64,000 bases of DNA from a virus, in IMG/VR virus record IMGVR_UViG_3300028388_001983, positions 1 through 64,000 of that record. One strand, given 5' to 3'. Positions 40,478 through 48,760 of this stretch are shown in pieces (the first letter of the stretch is position 1; every line of letters starts with the position of its first letter). The position numbers and the translations under genes were made by a program. The notes below the pieces were generated by a model that did no database searches, was not told where the DNA came from, and saw nothing but the letters and a program-made list of their open reading frames with translations.

Positions 40478-41152
40478 TTAAATTAGTATTAGAATCGCTA
40501 TAACTACAGCCTGAGTTACTCCTAGAGCTATAGCAATATTTTTTATAAGTTGTTCTCTTTCTAAAGTGTCTTTTAATTGATTATATAAATCAATAACATT
40601 ACCAGATAATTTTTTTAATCTATCTGTTTCTGCTTCTAGATTAGAATTAATTTTTTTAAGTTTTTTTATTTGATCATTGGCTAGTGTGATTTCTTGCTCA
40701 TAATAAATATGTAATTCTTCATAAGTATCGAGAGAAAGTCTTTGATTTGCTGCTTTAATAACTTCTCTATGTAAAGCTTTAACTTGATCTTCAGAAAATT
40801 CATAACTAGCTTCTACAGAATCATCTGGAAATTCTAACTGTAAATATTTATAACTAGAATCAGCAGACATATTATCTACTTCTACTAATTCATCCAATAA
40901 ATTATTTTCTAAAGCTGCTAACTCTTCTTCTATTTTTTGTATCTCTTCTCTAAGACTATCCATTTTAATACTATCAATCTGAATAGTCTCCTTTAATTGC
41001 TCATTCTCTTTTTTAGAACTGTTGTATTCATTTAATAGGTTTTCTAATCTAATATCAAATTGTTGAATTTTATCCCTATGATATTTAAAAAACGTTCCTA
41101 AAGCTAACAACCCAACAACAATTGCCACTATAACACCTAAATTAACTTTCAT
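40478..41152 (-). CDS. Membrane-anchored coiled-coil protein, spanin-like
   Basis: N- and C-terminal hydrophobic segments flanking a long coiled coil; next to the endolysin. Confidence 0.55.
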   Translation of the reverse strand: MKVNLGVIVAIVVGLLALGTFFKYHRDKIQQFDIRLENLLNEYNSSKKENEQLKETIQIDSIKMDSLREEIQKIEEELAALENNLLDELVEVDNMSADSSYKYLQLEFPDDSVEASYEFSEDQVKALHREVIKAANQRLSLDTYEELHIYYEQEITLANDQIKKLKKINSNLEAETDRLKKLSGNVIDLYNQLKDTLEREQLIKNIAIALGVTQAVVIAILILI

Positions 41153-41579
41153 ATCCTATAAATTTTGGTTCTCTATATCCTAACACTCTGTCTTCTGGAT
41201 ATGCAGATATTTGAACCTTATTAGATTGATTGCCTCCTAAACAATAAATATATCCATTTCTCTTTGCAATAAATATTCCTACATGACCTTTCCAACTATT
41301 AGGGTCTTCTCTCCAGAATATAACTATATGTCCAGGTTTAGGATCAGATATTTTATTTTCTAATCCTAACCAACTACGAGCATCTAGTTTATTAGTATAC
41401 TCAAAACCTTCGATCTTACAAACCCAATTTATAAAAGCACCGCACCAAGCTATTTCATCATCAGCCCACTCTTGATTAATTATATCAAAATATTTATTAA
41501 TCTCAGGCTCAGACTTATCTCCAGGTATTTCTTTAATACCATACTCTTTAAGTGCTCTATTTAGGATTAGTAGTCTCAT
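41142..41579 (-). CDS. TIGR02594-like (CHAP/NlpC fold) endolysin
   Basis: DDEIAWCGAF, ARSW, GHVGI and LGGNQSN; start probably MRLLILNRA. Confidence 0.88.
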   Translation of the reverse strand: MRLLILNRALKEYGIKEIPGDKSEPEINKYFDIINQEWADDEIAWCGAFINWVCKIEGFEYTNKLDARSWLGLENKISDPKPGHIVIFWREDPNSWKGHVGIFIAKRNGYIYCLGGNQSNKVQISAYPEDRVLGYREPKFIGYES

Positions 41580-41814
41580 CTTTTGCTTTATTTTTACCAT
41601 TAACAATATTATCAGCAATTCCTAAACCTAACAATCCAAATACTGCTGGTAAAGTATACTTATATAAACTTATTGCAGTTTCTGGAATCTCAGCTTTCCT
41701 AAGTACCAATATAAGGAAAGCAACTATTAGAGCTAATCCAAATGGTACTCCTACTACCCTTTTACTAGATAGTTTACCAGTAGCACTAAATATGCTATTT
41801 AATACATTTTTCAT
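41557..41814 (-). CDS. Holin-like membrane protein
   Basis: GKLSSKR followed by two TM segments; immediately upstream of the endolysin. Confidence 0.6.
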   Translation of the reverse strand: MKNVLNSIFSATGKLSSKRVVGVPFGLALIVAFLILVLRKAEIPETAISLYKYTLPAVFGLLGLGIADNIVNGKNKAKDETTNPK

Positions 41815-41824
41815 GATTAAAATT

Positions 41825-42118
41825 TTAATTATTATCTTTTATGTAACCATCAAGCTTATTTTCTATCCTATCTAAAGTTTCAAAAAGTCTATCATTATCA
41901 GCTTGATAATCACTTTTATCTAATTTGTTACTTTGTAAATCTTGAATTTCATCTGTATGTAAATCTATTATTTTCTCATGTACTTTAACTCTATCTTTAG
42001 TACTTGTTAATATGATTACACTGTTTAATGTAAATCCAAGTAACGTTACAATTACGGGAATAAAAACTATTACTATCCATTTTTTCATCTTTATTTCCCC
42101 ATTGTTTTCTTCAGCCAT
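41825..42118 (-). CDS. Membrane protein with coiled coil (holin/antiholin-like)
   Basis: Single TM plus LDRIENKLD C-terminus. Confidence 0.5.
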   Translation of the reverse strand: MAEENNGEIKMKKWIVIVFIPVIVTLLGFTLNSVIILTSTKDRVKVHEKIIDLHTDEIQDLQSNKLDKSDYQADNDRLFETLDRIENKLDGYIKDNN

Positions 42119-42137
42119 TTATATCAATTTTTTACTA

Positions 42138-42602
42138 TTAGAAATTATTTCCGTATCTTAAAGTTATACTTACAGCAAATGTAAATGCAATTCCTTTTGG
42201 AAGGAGTTGACTTTTTCCACTCATCATTTTACCAAACACTTTATCTGTTATCTCAGTATTTCCAAAATAATAGATATTGTCTATATTAGGATTTATCAAA
42301 TTATAAGTTAAATTAAATAATGCAAATCTGGTACATATATATGCAGGAAGTTTCCATTTCCAATCACTTCGTTCAAAGTCTATTATAAATGGTTGACTTA
42401 CTAATAATCCTACAGAAGCAGCATTAAAAGCATGTCCCCACTCTTTAGAACCAGAATCCATTAATGCATCACCAGTAGCATCTAATACAACATGTCCTAT
42501 ATCAAATGCCAAAGATGTAACCGACTTTTTTGTTACCCAATGTTGACCAAAAGATAACATTGGGATTAATAATAATATTAGTATAAATATTTTTAATTTC
42601 AT
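42138..42602 (-). CDS. Hypothetical exported/membrane protein
   Basis: Signal-peptide-like MKLKIFILILLLIPMLSFGQ. Confidence 0.6.
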   Translation of the reverse strand: MKLKIFILILLLIPMLSFGQHWVTKKSVTSLAFDIGHVVLDATGDALMDSGSKEWGHAFNAASVGLLVSQPFIIDFERSDWKWKLPAYICTRFALFNLTYNLINPNIDNIYYFGNTEITDKVFGKMMSGKSQLLPKGIAFTFAVSITLRYGNNF

Positions 42603-42605
42603 ATA

Positions 42606-42884
42606 TTATTTATATAATACAGCAGTTCCAGAAGTACTTTCAATAGAAGTAATAGCATGACCTTCTGCTACTGTAACTAACGTTCCTACAGCTAATTCAG
42701 TTCCAACAAAACTTTGCATATCTGGATCACTAGAAGTTATAGCTGCTATGGTTAAGGCAGAATTTACTATAAAACCTCTATAGTGACCAGTTTTAGTAGC
42801 TCCACTTCCTAATAAAACACTTCCACTACCTCCAGTAAGTCTAGAAAGTATATTATATATCTCTTGTAATAAGTTACTATTCAT
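42606..42884 (-). CDS. Small beta-rich hypothetical virion protein
   Basis: 92 aa ending AITSIESTSGTAVLYK. Confidence 0.6.
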   Translation of the reverse strand: MNSNLLQEIYNILSRLTGGSGSVLLGSGATKTGHYRGFIVNSALTIAAITSSDPDMQSFVGTELAVGTLVTVAEGHAITSIESTSGTAVLYK

Positions 42885-42975
42885 TTTCTTTTAATTTTAT
42901 TAAAAATACAAAATATAATTAACATTTCCAAACAGAATTTCTAACAACAAGTATTAGAAATAATATTAATTATAT

Positions 42976-43011
42976 AAAAAAAGGAAGGAAGATCGTGTCC
43001 CCCTTCCTTTT
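42976..43011 (-). terminator. Intrinsic terminator after the capsid/tail operon
   Basis: AAAAGGAAGG...CCTTCCTTTT inverted repeat; the A7 run on + is the U tail on -. Confidence 0.75.
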
Positions 43012-43034
43012 AAATTTTAAGGTTAAAATAATTT

Positions 43035-44237
43035 TTATACAGTCAGACCTAATGCAGTATCTACATCATCACCGTTAAGTGATACTTTAGTCCTGAGTAT
43101 GATCCTAAACTTAGAAGCTGGTTTTTGTCCAGTACCTACCCAAGTAACATTCTGAGTTGTACCTTCAATTACCATAGTATCATAAGTATTACTAGAATTA
43201 GCTTCAGAACGATAATTAGTAGGCGGATATCTATCAAGATACCTTCCTGCATATTCATTCATACCGCAGTATACTTCTAATGCAGCTACCTGTGCATAAG
43301 TTCCAGAACCTATAGCAGCAGCAGTATCATAAGTAGTTTCAACAGTAGAACTGAAGTCGTCTGAATTAACAGTAAAGTTAACTAAACTAGGATAATCAGT
43401 TGCAGGATTAAAGGTTACTTCATTAGCAAACCTGTCTACACCAGTAAACTTAAGACCATAATTACCAATATCTGCAGAGGCTACAAATTCGTAAGAACTT
43501 ACAGCAGAAGCAGTAGCTCCTTTATAAGGACGGTCAAGGGTCATAATTTCATTACTAGTATCCAGAGCTGTTACCATATATACAGGATCAGCTTCAGTAG
43601 TACCAAATCTAACAAGGTCTCCTACAGAAACAACAGCATCTACATCAGTAGCAGCAGTTACATACTTGGAACCTTTAGTCACTGAAAGATTACCAGTTCC
43701 TGTATTAGCAGTTTCACTACCAGAATTTACACGCTCACACTTGATCATTTCATAAGCCTCTCTTGCAAAAGCCTTATCAAAATGTTCATCAAGAAGAGTT
43801 GCAATATTATACTCAGTAGCTGCAGTTGCTTCAGCAGAAACAGTTTTAATAAGGGGACTAGTTCCTACTACAGGAGCAGTTTGTCTTATTTCTATGTGTA
43901 AGGTATACACATTTCCTGATACAATAGTTCCAAGACTACCAGAGCTACCATTATAACCAAAATAGGTTACTTGTTGGGTATCTGCTGCATAAGTATCAGA
44001 AGTTATTGTACAATCATTAGGTACAAAGAAAGGTGAATATACTACTTGACCAGTAGAAAGCATATTAGCTATTCTAAATTTAGAGGTAGAACTAGAAGAA
44101 TCAGTCTCTTCCAAAATTCCATCTTCTCCTACAAGACCAATTGATCCAGCAGCAAAATCTTTTGCATAGGTAGTATCATCTGTACCACCATTTGCTACAT
44201 TTCCAATGTACTGATAAGTTACACTATCTTCAAACAT
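43035..44237 (-). CDS. Structural protein (auxiliary capsid/tail-type)
   Basis: Acidic, Thr/Ser-rich 400 aa with GSGTYAQVAALE and YDTMVI motifs; lies in the capsid operon. Confidence 0.65.
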   Translation of the reverse strand: MFEDSVTYQYIGNVANGGTDDTTYAKDFAAGSIGLVGEDGILEETDSSSSTSKFRIANMLSTGQVVYSPFFVPNDCTITSDTYAADTQQVTYFGYNGSSGSLGTIVSGNVYTLHIEIRQTAPVVGTSPLIKTVSAEATAATEYNIATLLDEHFDKAFAREAYEMIKCERVNSGSETANTGTGNLSVTKGSKYVTAATDVDAVVSVGDLVRFGTTEADPVYMVTALDTSNEIMTLDRPYKGATASAVSSYEFVASADIGNYGLKFTGVDRFANEVTFNPATDYPSLVNFTVNSDDFSSTVETTYDTAAAIGSGTYAQVAALEVYCGMNEYAGRYLDRYPPTNYRSEANSSNTYDTMVIEGTTQNVTWVGTGQKPASKFRIILRTKVSLNGDDVDTALGLTV

Positions 44238-44267
44238 TTTTCTATAATTTTAATTCAACAAAATAAT

Positions 44268-44975
44268 TTAATTCTCAAATTCTCTAAGCTGTACTCCTAA
44301 CTGATCTTTTATATAAATATCAGCATTTTGAGCAGCTTTTGTAATAATTTTTCTATGTACAGAGTGGTGTAAACAAGATGTTAATCCATTTGAGTTGTAA
44401 GTAGCATCTACTGTTACATCATCTATTATTGTACTAATAGTTACTCCAGGAACTATAATAGGAGTAAGTTTTTCTATATACTCCATTTTATAACTAGATA
44501 AAGTTGTACCATCGGTTATAATCACAACCTCAGCTCTACTTGTTCCTTCTAATATAAGTCTCCAAAATTCATCTGAATCTGGATTTTTATAAGGATTATC
44601 TTTATTTGCCTTATAAAAATTATAACTTATTGGAGTTATATCTATATCGCTATTAGCTCTTTCATTTAATATGAACCTAATATTACCTAGAGTAATACTA
44701 TCAGAACTATTTAAATCTACTATATAACCATTAGTATAATGACTATTTGAACTAATATTACCACTAGTAACAGACACTTTTTTGAATATGGGTGATACAG
44801 CTAATCTATTAAATTCATTAGCTTCTACTCCTTCCTCAAGTATATCATTAAGAATCTCTTCCTGAGCCCTTGATAATATAATTGATTTCTCATGAACTTC
44901 ATAACCTGGAGCATTATCACTGGCTATAGATTCATAAACTACATCAAACTCATATGCAAATTGTGCAGCATCCAT
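44268..44975 (-). CDS. Ring/head-completion protein
   Basis: FDVVYESIASDNAPGY...LSRAQEE, NPYKNP and LHHSVHRKII. Confidence 0.7.
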   Translation of the reverse strand: MDAAQFAYEFDVVYESIASDNAPGYEVHEKSIILSRAQEEILNDILEEGVEANEFNRLAVSPIFKKVSVTSGNISSNSHYTNGYIVDLNSSDSITLGNIRFILNERANSDIDITPISYNFYKANKDNPYKNPDSDEFWRLILEGTSRAEVVIITDGTTLSSYKMEYIEKLTPIIVPGVTISTIIDDVTVDATYNSNGLTSCLHHSVHRKIITKAAQNADIYIKDQLGVQLREFEN

Positions 44976-45892
44976 TATTTACTAGCTGTTTGTTTTTTAG
45001 ACCTACCTTTAGGTTTACTATCCATATTAATCTGAGCCTCTATCTTTAAATAAACATCATCAGAGTTTTCTTTTAATTGTTCTAGATGCCTAACTATTTC
45101 AGGAAGTGTCCATTTAATAGTTTCTCCCGGTATTACATAACTGTTAATACCACGTTTCTCTATAGCACCCACTCGTATAGCCTTAGCGATAAAAGCTTTC
45201 ATTTCATAGTTATCATCATCCATCACTCTAATAAATTGATCAGGTTGATCTTTCATAATCTTCATCAATTCAGCGTTTAAGAATTTTTCACTAGCATCAC
45301 TAGGTACATTCTTAAGTTGCTTATTATCCATAAAGAATACATCTAAGAAGTCCTTCATCTTAGAAGGATGGTTCTGAATAGTACCATAAAAAGTAAACAT
45401 CTTCTGAGTTCTTTCAAGCTCTTTGTTTTGTTCTGTCTCTTCAAAGTCTTCTCCAATAAGAGCAAAACTATATGAAGGTCTTTGGAATCTTTGCTCCCAA
45501 CTTGGAGCAACTTGTTTCTGAACTCTTAAAACTTTAACTCTAAGCATATCTAAAGGATCACTAAGATTAAAACTCATACCTTCTTTAATAGTAGTAGGAG
45601 TTTTCATAAACTTCACCTTAAATGTATGCCAAAAGTTATCAGTCTTTTTATGAATATTCAAATCTTGTGATAACTCATCTTCAAAGAACTTTTGTTCTTC
45701 CTGACTTTCAAAAGGGTTTATTAATGCATTTCTACTGTCTTTTGGTAGAACAAATGTTACTACCGCACCTTCATACATAAAATATCCTTTATGAGCAGGA
45801 TCGTTAATCATTCTACCAGCTCTAGGAACTGGTTTTAAAATAATTTTTTGATTTTTCAAATAACCTTTGTTAATTGCTTCTTCTCTTGTCAT
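44975..45892 (-). CDS. Conserved crAss-like protein downstream of the major capsid gene
   Basis: DNFWHTF...FNLSDPLD motif; the true start is probably MTREEA because the longer ORF runs through the terminator hairpin. Confidence 0.7.
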   Translation of the reverse strand: MTREEAINKGYLKNQKIILKPVPRAGRMINDPAHKGYFMYEGAVVTFVLPKDSRNALINPFESQEEQKFFEDELSQDLNIHKKTDNFWHTFKVKFMKTPTTIKEGMSFNLSDPLDMLRVKVLRVQKQVAPSWEQRFQRPSYSFALIGEDFEETEQNKELERTQKMFTFYGTIQNHPSKMKDFLDVFFMDNKQLKNVPSDASEKFLNAELMKIMKDQPDQFIRVMDDDNYEMKAFIAKAIRVGAIEKRGINSYVIPGETIKWTLPEIVRHLEQLKENSDDVYLKIEAQINMDSKPKGRSKKQTASK

Positions 45893-45911
45893 AATTTTTG
45901 CCAAATTTAAG

Positions 45912-45941
45912 TTAAAAGAGCTGGGGCGATTAAACCCCAGC
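45912..45941 (-). terminator. Terminator/attenuator after the major capsid gene
   Basis: GCTGGGG-N8-CCCCAGC, followed by TCTTTT on the minus strand. Confidence 0.75.
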
Positions 45942-45953
45942 ATATATTAATAA

Positions 45954-47456
45954 TTATCCAGTAGCCAAAATACTAGGTATAATTCTTCCAGTTTTCAGGG
46001 GGTTCTTAAGCATAATACCACCAATAAACATCTTAAGAACTGTATAACCATCAACTGAGGATGCAGTCATTGTAGGATCAGCATTTCTAGCCATACCGCC
46101 TGCACTGAACGGGTCACGCATACCAGGTATGTAACGGAAATACTCTTCATTATCCTTAACAGCAACCTTCATAATATTAGCTTCACCAGCAGTTGTACCA
46201 GCGTCCCAAATATCATAAATATAAGAACTTGCTAATCCACCTTCAGGGTGAGGAAGCTTATTCCTAATAGGATCGTCTTTCATAGGATCGAGAGTCACCT
46301 TAAATTTAATCCCATTTACAAATTCATAGTTAAGAAACTGACCCTCAAGGAGAGTTACATTGTTTCCACTAGTTTTGATATTATGATCTGACTGCAACCA
46401 AGAAATGTTGGTAGCTTTTTCAGACATTGATTTATGGAATTTATAAAGTCCTCTTTCTCCAGTAGAAAGAATAAACTCACGTTTATCTTCAGGAAGTTTT
46501 CCTACAGATAAGTCAAGTGCAAAATCTCCCAACATATCTGCTGAAAAATCATTATAAAACAAAGTATGACCACCATCCATTTGTTCATAAAGACCAAATC
46601 CTGAACGAATTACGTTACCAGATTCACCTTTATTACCAAAGGAGCCATCGCTAAGTTTATTAGACTTTCCATGAAGGAGTAATCTTGCTTTATCTCTCCT
46701 AAATTGTACCATGAAGTCCCATCCAAGTTTATCCAACCAACGATAATGTTGTTTACCATCTTGATCTACAAAAGCAAATGCAAGAGGTTTATTCTTACCT
46801 TGAAGGATCATATTACCAGGAACATCATAATTCTTACGTATGTAAGAAGTGTTATTCTCCATTCTAAATGGAGCAGAGTGGTGAACAGTGTTACCACGTA
46901 CAGAAAGTTCTTGTTCTACAAGACCATATTCTTCTGACCATCTTGTACCAGCAGCAAGGTCTGTTACAGGAACAAAAAGATTATCATCTCCAGTTACAAG
47001 TTCAACTCTATACCTCCAACCATCACCATCATATACTGGGTCTTCAGTTACACGAAGAGCATACTCATCAGGGTATTCTCCCACTATAACTGATGTAGCC
47101 TCAAAGTATCTTTCAGGAAACCACATATAAAAAGGTGTCCTAGTGATACCTGGCTGATCAGTTGAACTGAGAGCAGAATAACTAGCAGCTAAAGATGCTT
47201 TTACAAGAGGAATATTCCTCTCGTCTGCACCTTGAAGATACCAGTAATAAGGCCCCTCAGTATCCAAATAGTGAGTAGGGAACTGATCCATGAAGCTAAC
47301 AATATTATCAGCACCATAATTGACCTCATAAATCTTATCAATTACTTTACTAATTGCTTCAGGTTCAGTCATACCTATCCAACCCAAATGGGCTTCACGA
47401 GTAAGACCAGACCAGTATTTAGGTTCTACAGTTTGTAATTTACTAATTCTATCCAT
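45954..47456 (-). CDS. Major capsid protein (crAss type)
   Basis: WSGLTREAHL, ERNIPLV, WFPERYF, GFGLYEQM, TGERG and YIPGMRDPF; synteny with portal and terminase. Confidence 0.92.
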   Translation of the reverse strand: MDRISKLQTVEPKYWSGLTREAHLGWIGMTEPEAISKVIDKIYEVNYGADNIVSFMDQFPTHYLDTEGPYYWYLQGADERNIPLVKASLAASYSALSSTDQPGITRTPFYMWFPERYFEATSVIVGEYPDEYALRVTEDPVYDGDGWRYRVELVTGDDNLFVPVTDLAAGTRWSEEYGLVEQELSVRGNTVHHSAPFRMENNTSYIRKNYDVPGNMILQGKNKPLAFAFVDQDGKQHYRWLDKLGWDFMVQFRRDKARLLLHGKSNKLSDGSFGNKGESGNVIRSGFGLYEQMDGGHTLFYNDFSADMLGDFALDLSVGKLPEDKREFILSTGERGLYKFHKSMSEKATNISWLQSDHNIKTSGNNVTLLEGQFLNYEFVNGIKFKVTLDPMKDDPIRNKLPHPEGGLASSYIYDIWDAGTTAGEANIMKVAVKDNEEYFRYIPGMRDPFSAGGMARNADPTMTASSVDGYTVLKMFIGGIMLKNPLKTGRIIPSILATG

Positions 47457-47478
47457 CGTATATTAATTTAAAAAGTGT

Positions 47479-48675
47479 TTATATTAAGTTCTTTAACGGT
47501 CCTAAAACATCCTTATCTTTTGAACTTGGACTAGGAGTTTTACCTGAGCCTTTAAATCCTGCTTTAGAGTCTTGATTATCTATATAATCTTTGATTTTAG
47601 AAGAGACTTTAGTAGTGGCAATTTTGTTTATCTTATCCCAATTACCATCAAATACTCCTATGTCAATTAAGTATGCTAATTTTGTATCAAAATTTATTGA
47701 GTCTTCACTACGTTTAGACCATATACCATTAAGGACATTCCCTTGTTCATCTTGTTTTACAGGTTTAGTAATCATATCTTTGATTTTATTCCTAGTTCTA
47801 GGACTAATCTCTTGACCAGGAATTATCTCTTTGATATCTTTCAAAGTCTTATCTAAAGATTGAACATATTTTTTATAATTATCTTTAGCCTGTTGTTCTT
47901 GATCTGCTTGTTGTTGCTTCAAATCTTCAAGTTGCTTCTTACTAAGTTCTTTCAAACCAGTTAAAGCCTCTTTAGCATCATCAACATCATCTCCTAAATC
48001 AATACTTCTTTGAACTAATTTCTTTATTTTCTCATCTGAGAAAGTAGTAGTAGCTTTATAATGCTGACTTAAAATCTTTTTCCGCACATCTGCAGAATCT
48101 TCTTTCTCTAAATCTTCTTCTTTAAGATTTTCAATCTCTTCTACACTACCAATAAAGTTTCCAGCCTCTTCTGCTGAATAACCCATCTCTCTAAGTTGAG
48201 CATACTCTTTTGAGTATTCATCTAGGTCTGCAGAAACATCCTTCTTGACATTTTCAATTTCTGATAAGAACATTGTTTCGAGAGCTCCATCAGGACCTTC
48301 ATCTTCTAAAAGTTTTTTAAATTCCTCTTCATCAAAAGAGGAAACTAACCCCTGCTCCTTCAGGTGTTTGGCAAAGACAAGAGCAAAAGGTTCATCCGAA
48401 GAATCAGTATCATCAGAAGCAGGGGGTTTGTTTCCTTTATCTTCTGCATCTTCGTCACCAGTTTTGCCTTCATCGTCTTCATTATCACTACTATCATCAG
48501 TAGCTTCACCTTTTAAAATATTTTCTAAATCTAAATCATCATCTATTTGATCAGGATTAGTATTTTTATCTCCACCATCATTTTCATCTTTTTTAGGTGG
48601 TTCTACTGGGTTTCCCCCTGACGCCAATAGTTGATCAAAATTAAAATCAATTGCTGTCTCTTCTTTAGTTGCCAT
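47479..48675 (-). CDS. Acidic scaffold-like protein
   Basis: Very acidic N-terminus, coiled coil, located between portal and MCP. Confidence 0.7.
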   Translation of the reverse strand: MATKEETAIDFNFDQLLASGGNPVEPPKKDENDGGDKNTNPDQIDDDLDLENILKGEATDDSSDNEDDEGKTGDEDAEDKGNKPPASDDTDSSDEPFALVFAKHLKEQGLVSSFDEEEFKKLLEDEGPDGALETMFLSEIENVKKDVSADLDEYSKEYAQLREMGYSAEEAGNFIGSVEEIENLKEEDLEKEDSADVRKKILSQHYKATTTFSDEKIKKLVQRSIDLGDDVDDAKEALTGLKELSKKQLEDLKQQQADQEQQAKDNYKKYVQSLDKTLKDIKEIIPGQEISPRTRNKIKDMITKPVKQDEQGNVLNGIWSKRSEDSINFDTKLAYLIDIGVFDGNWDKINKIATTKVSSKIKDYIDNQDSKAGFKGSGKTPSPSSKDKDVLGPLKNLI

Positions 48676-48696
48676 CTTTACCAAATTTTAATGTTA

Positions 48697-48728
48697 CAAA
48701 AATATAAATTATTTATAAATCTAACAAA
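48697..48728 (-). promoter_or_regulatory. Bacteroidota-type late promoter for scaffold/MCP
   Basis: Minus strand TTTG-N20-TATTTTTG. Confidence 0.7.
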
Positions 48729-48760
48729 TTATGTTAGAAATTAATTCTCAGACTATAGCT

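Noticed and set aside
41552-41875. Hydrophobic 107-aa + strand ORF in the lysis cassette as a possible antiholin
   Set aside because: Fully antisense to the holin-like gene, GTG start without promoter context; most likely a shadow.
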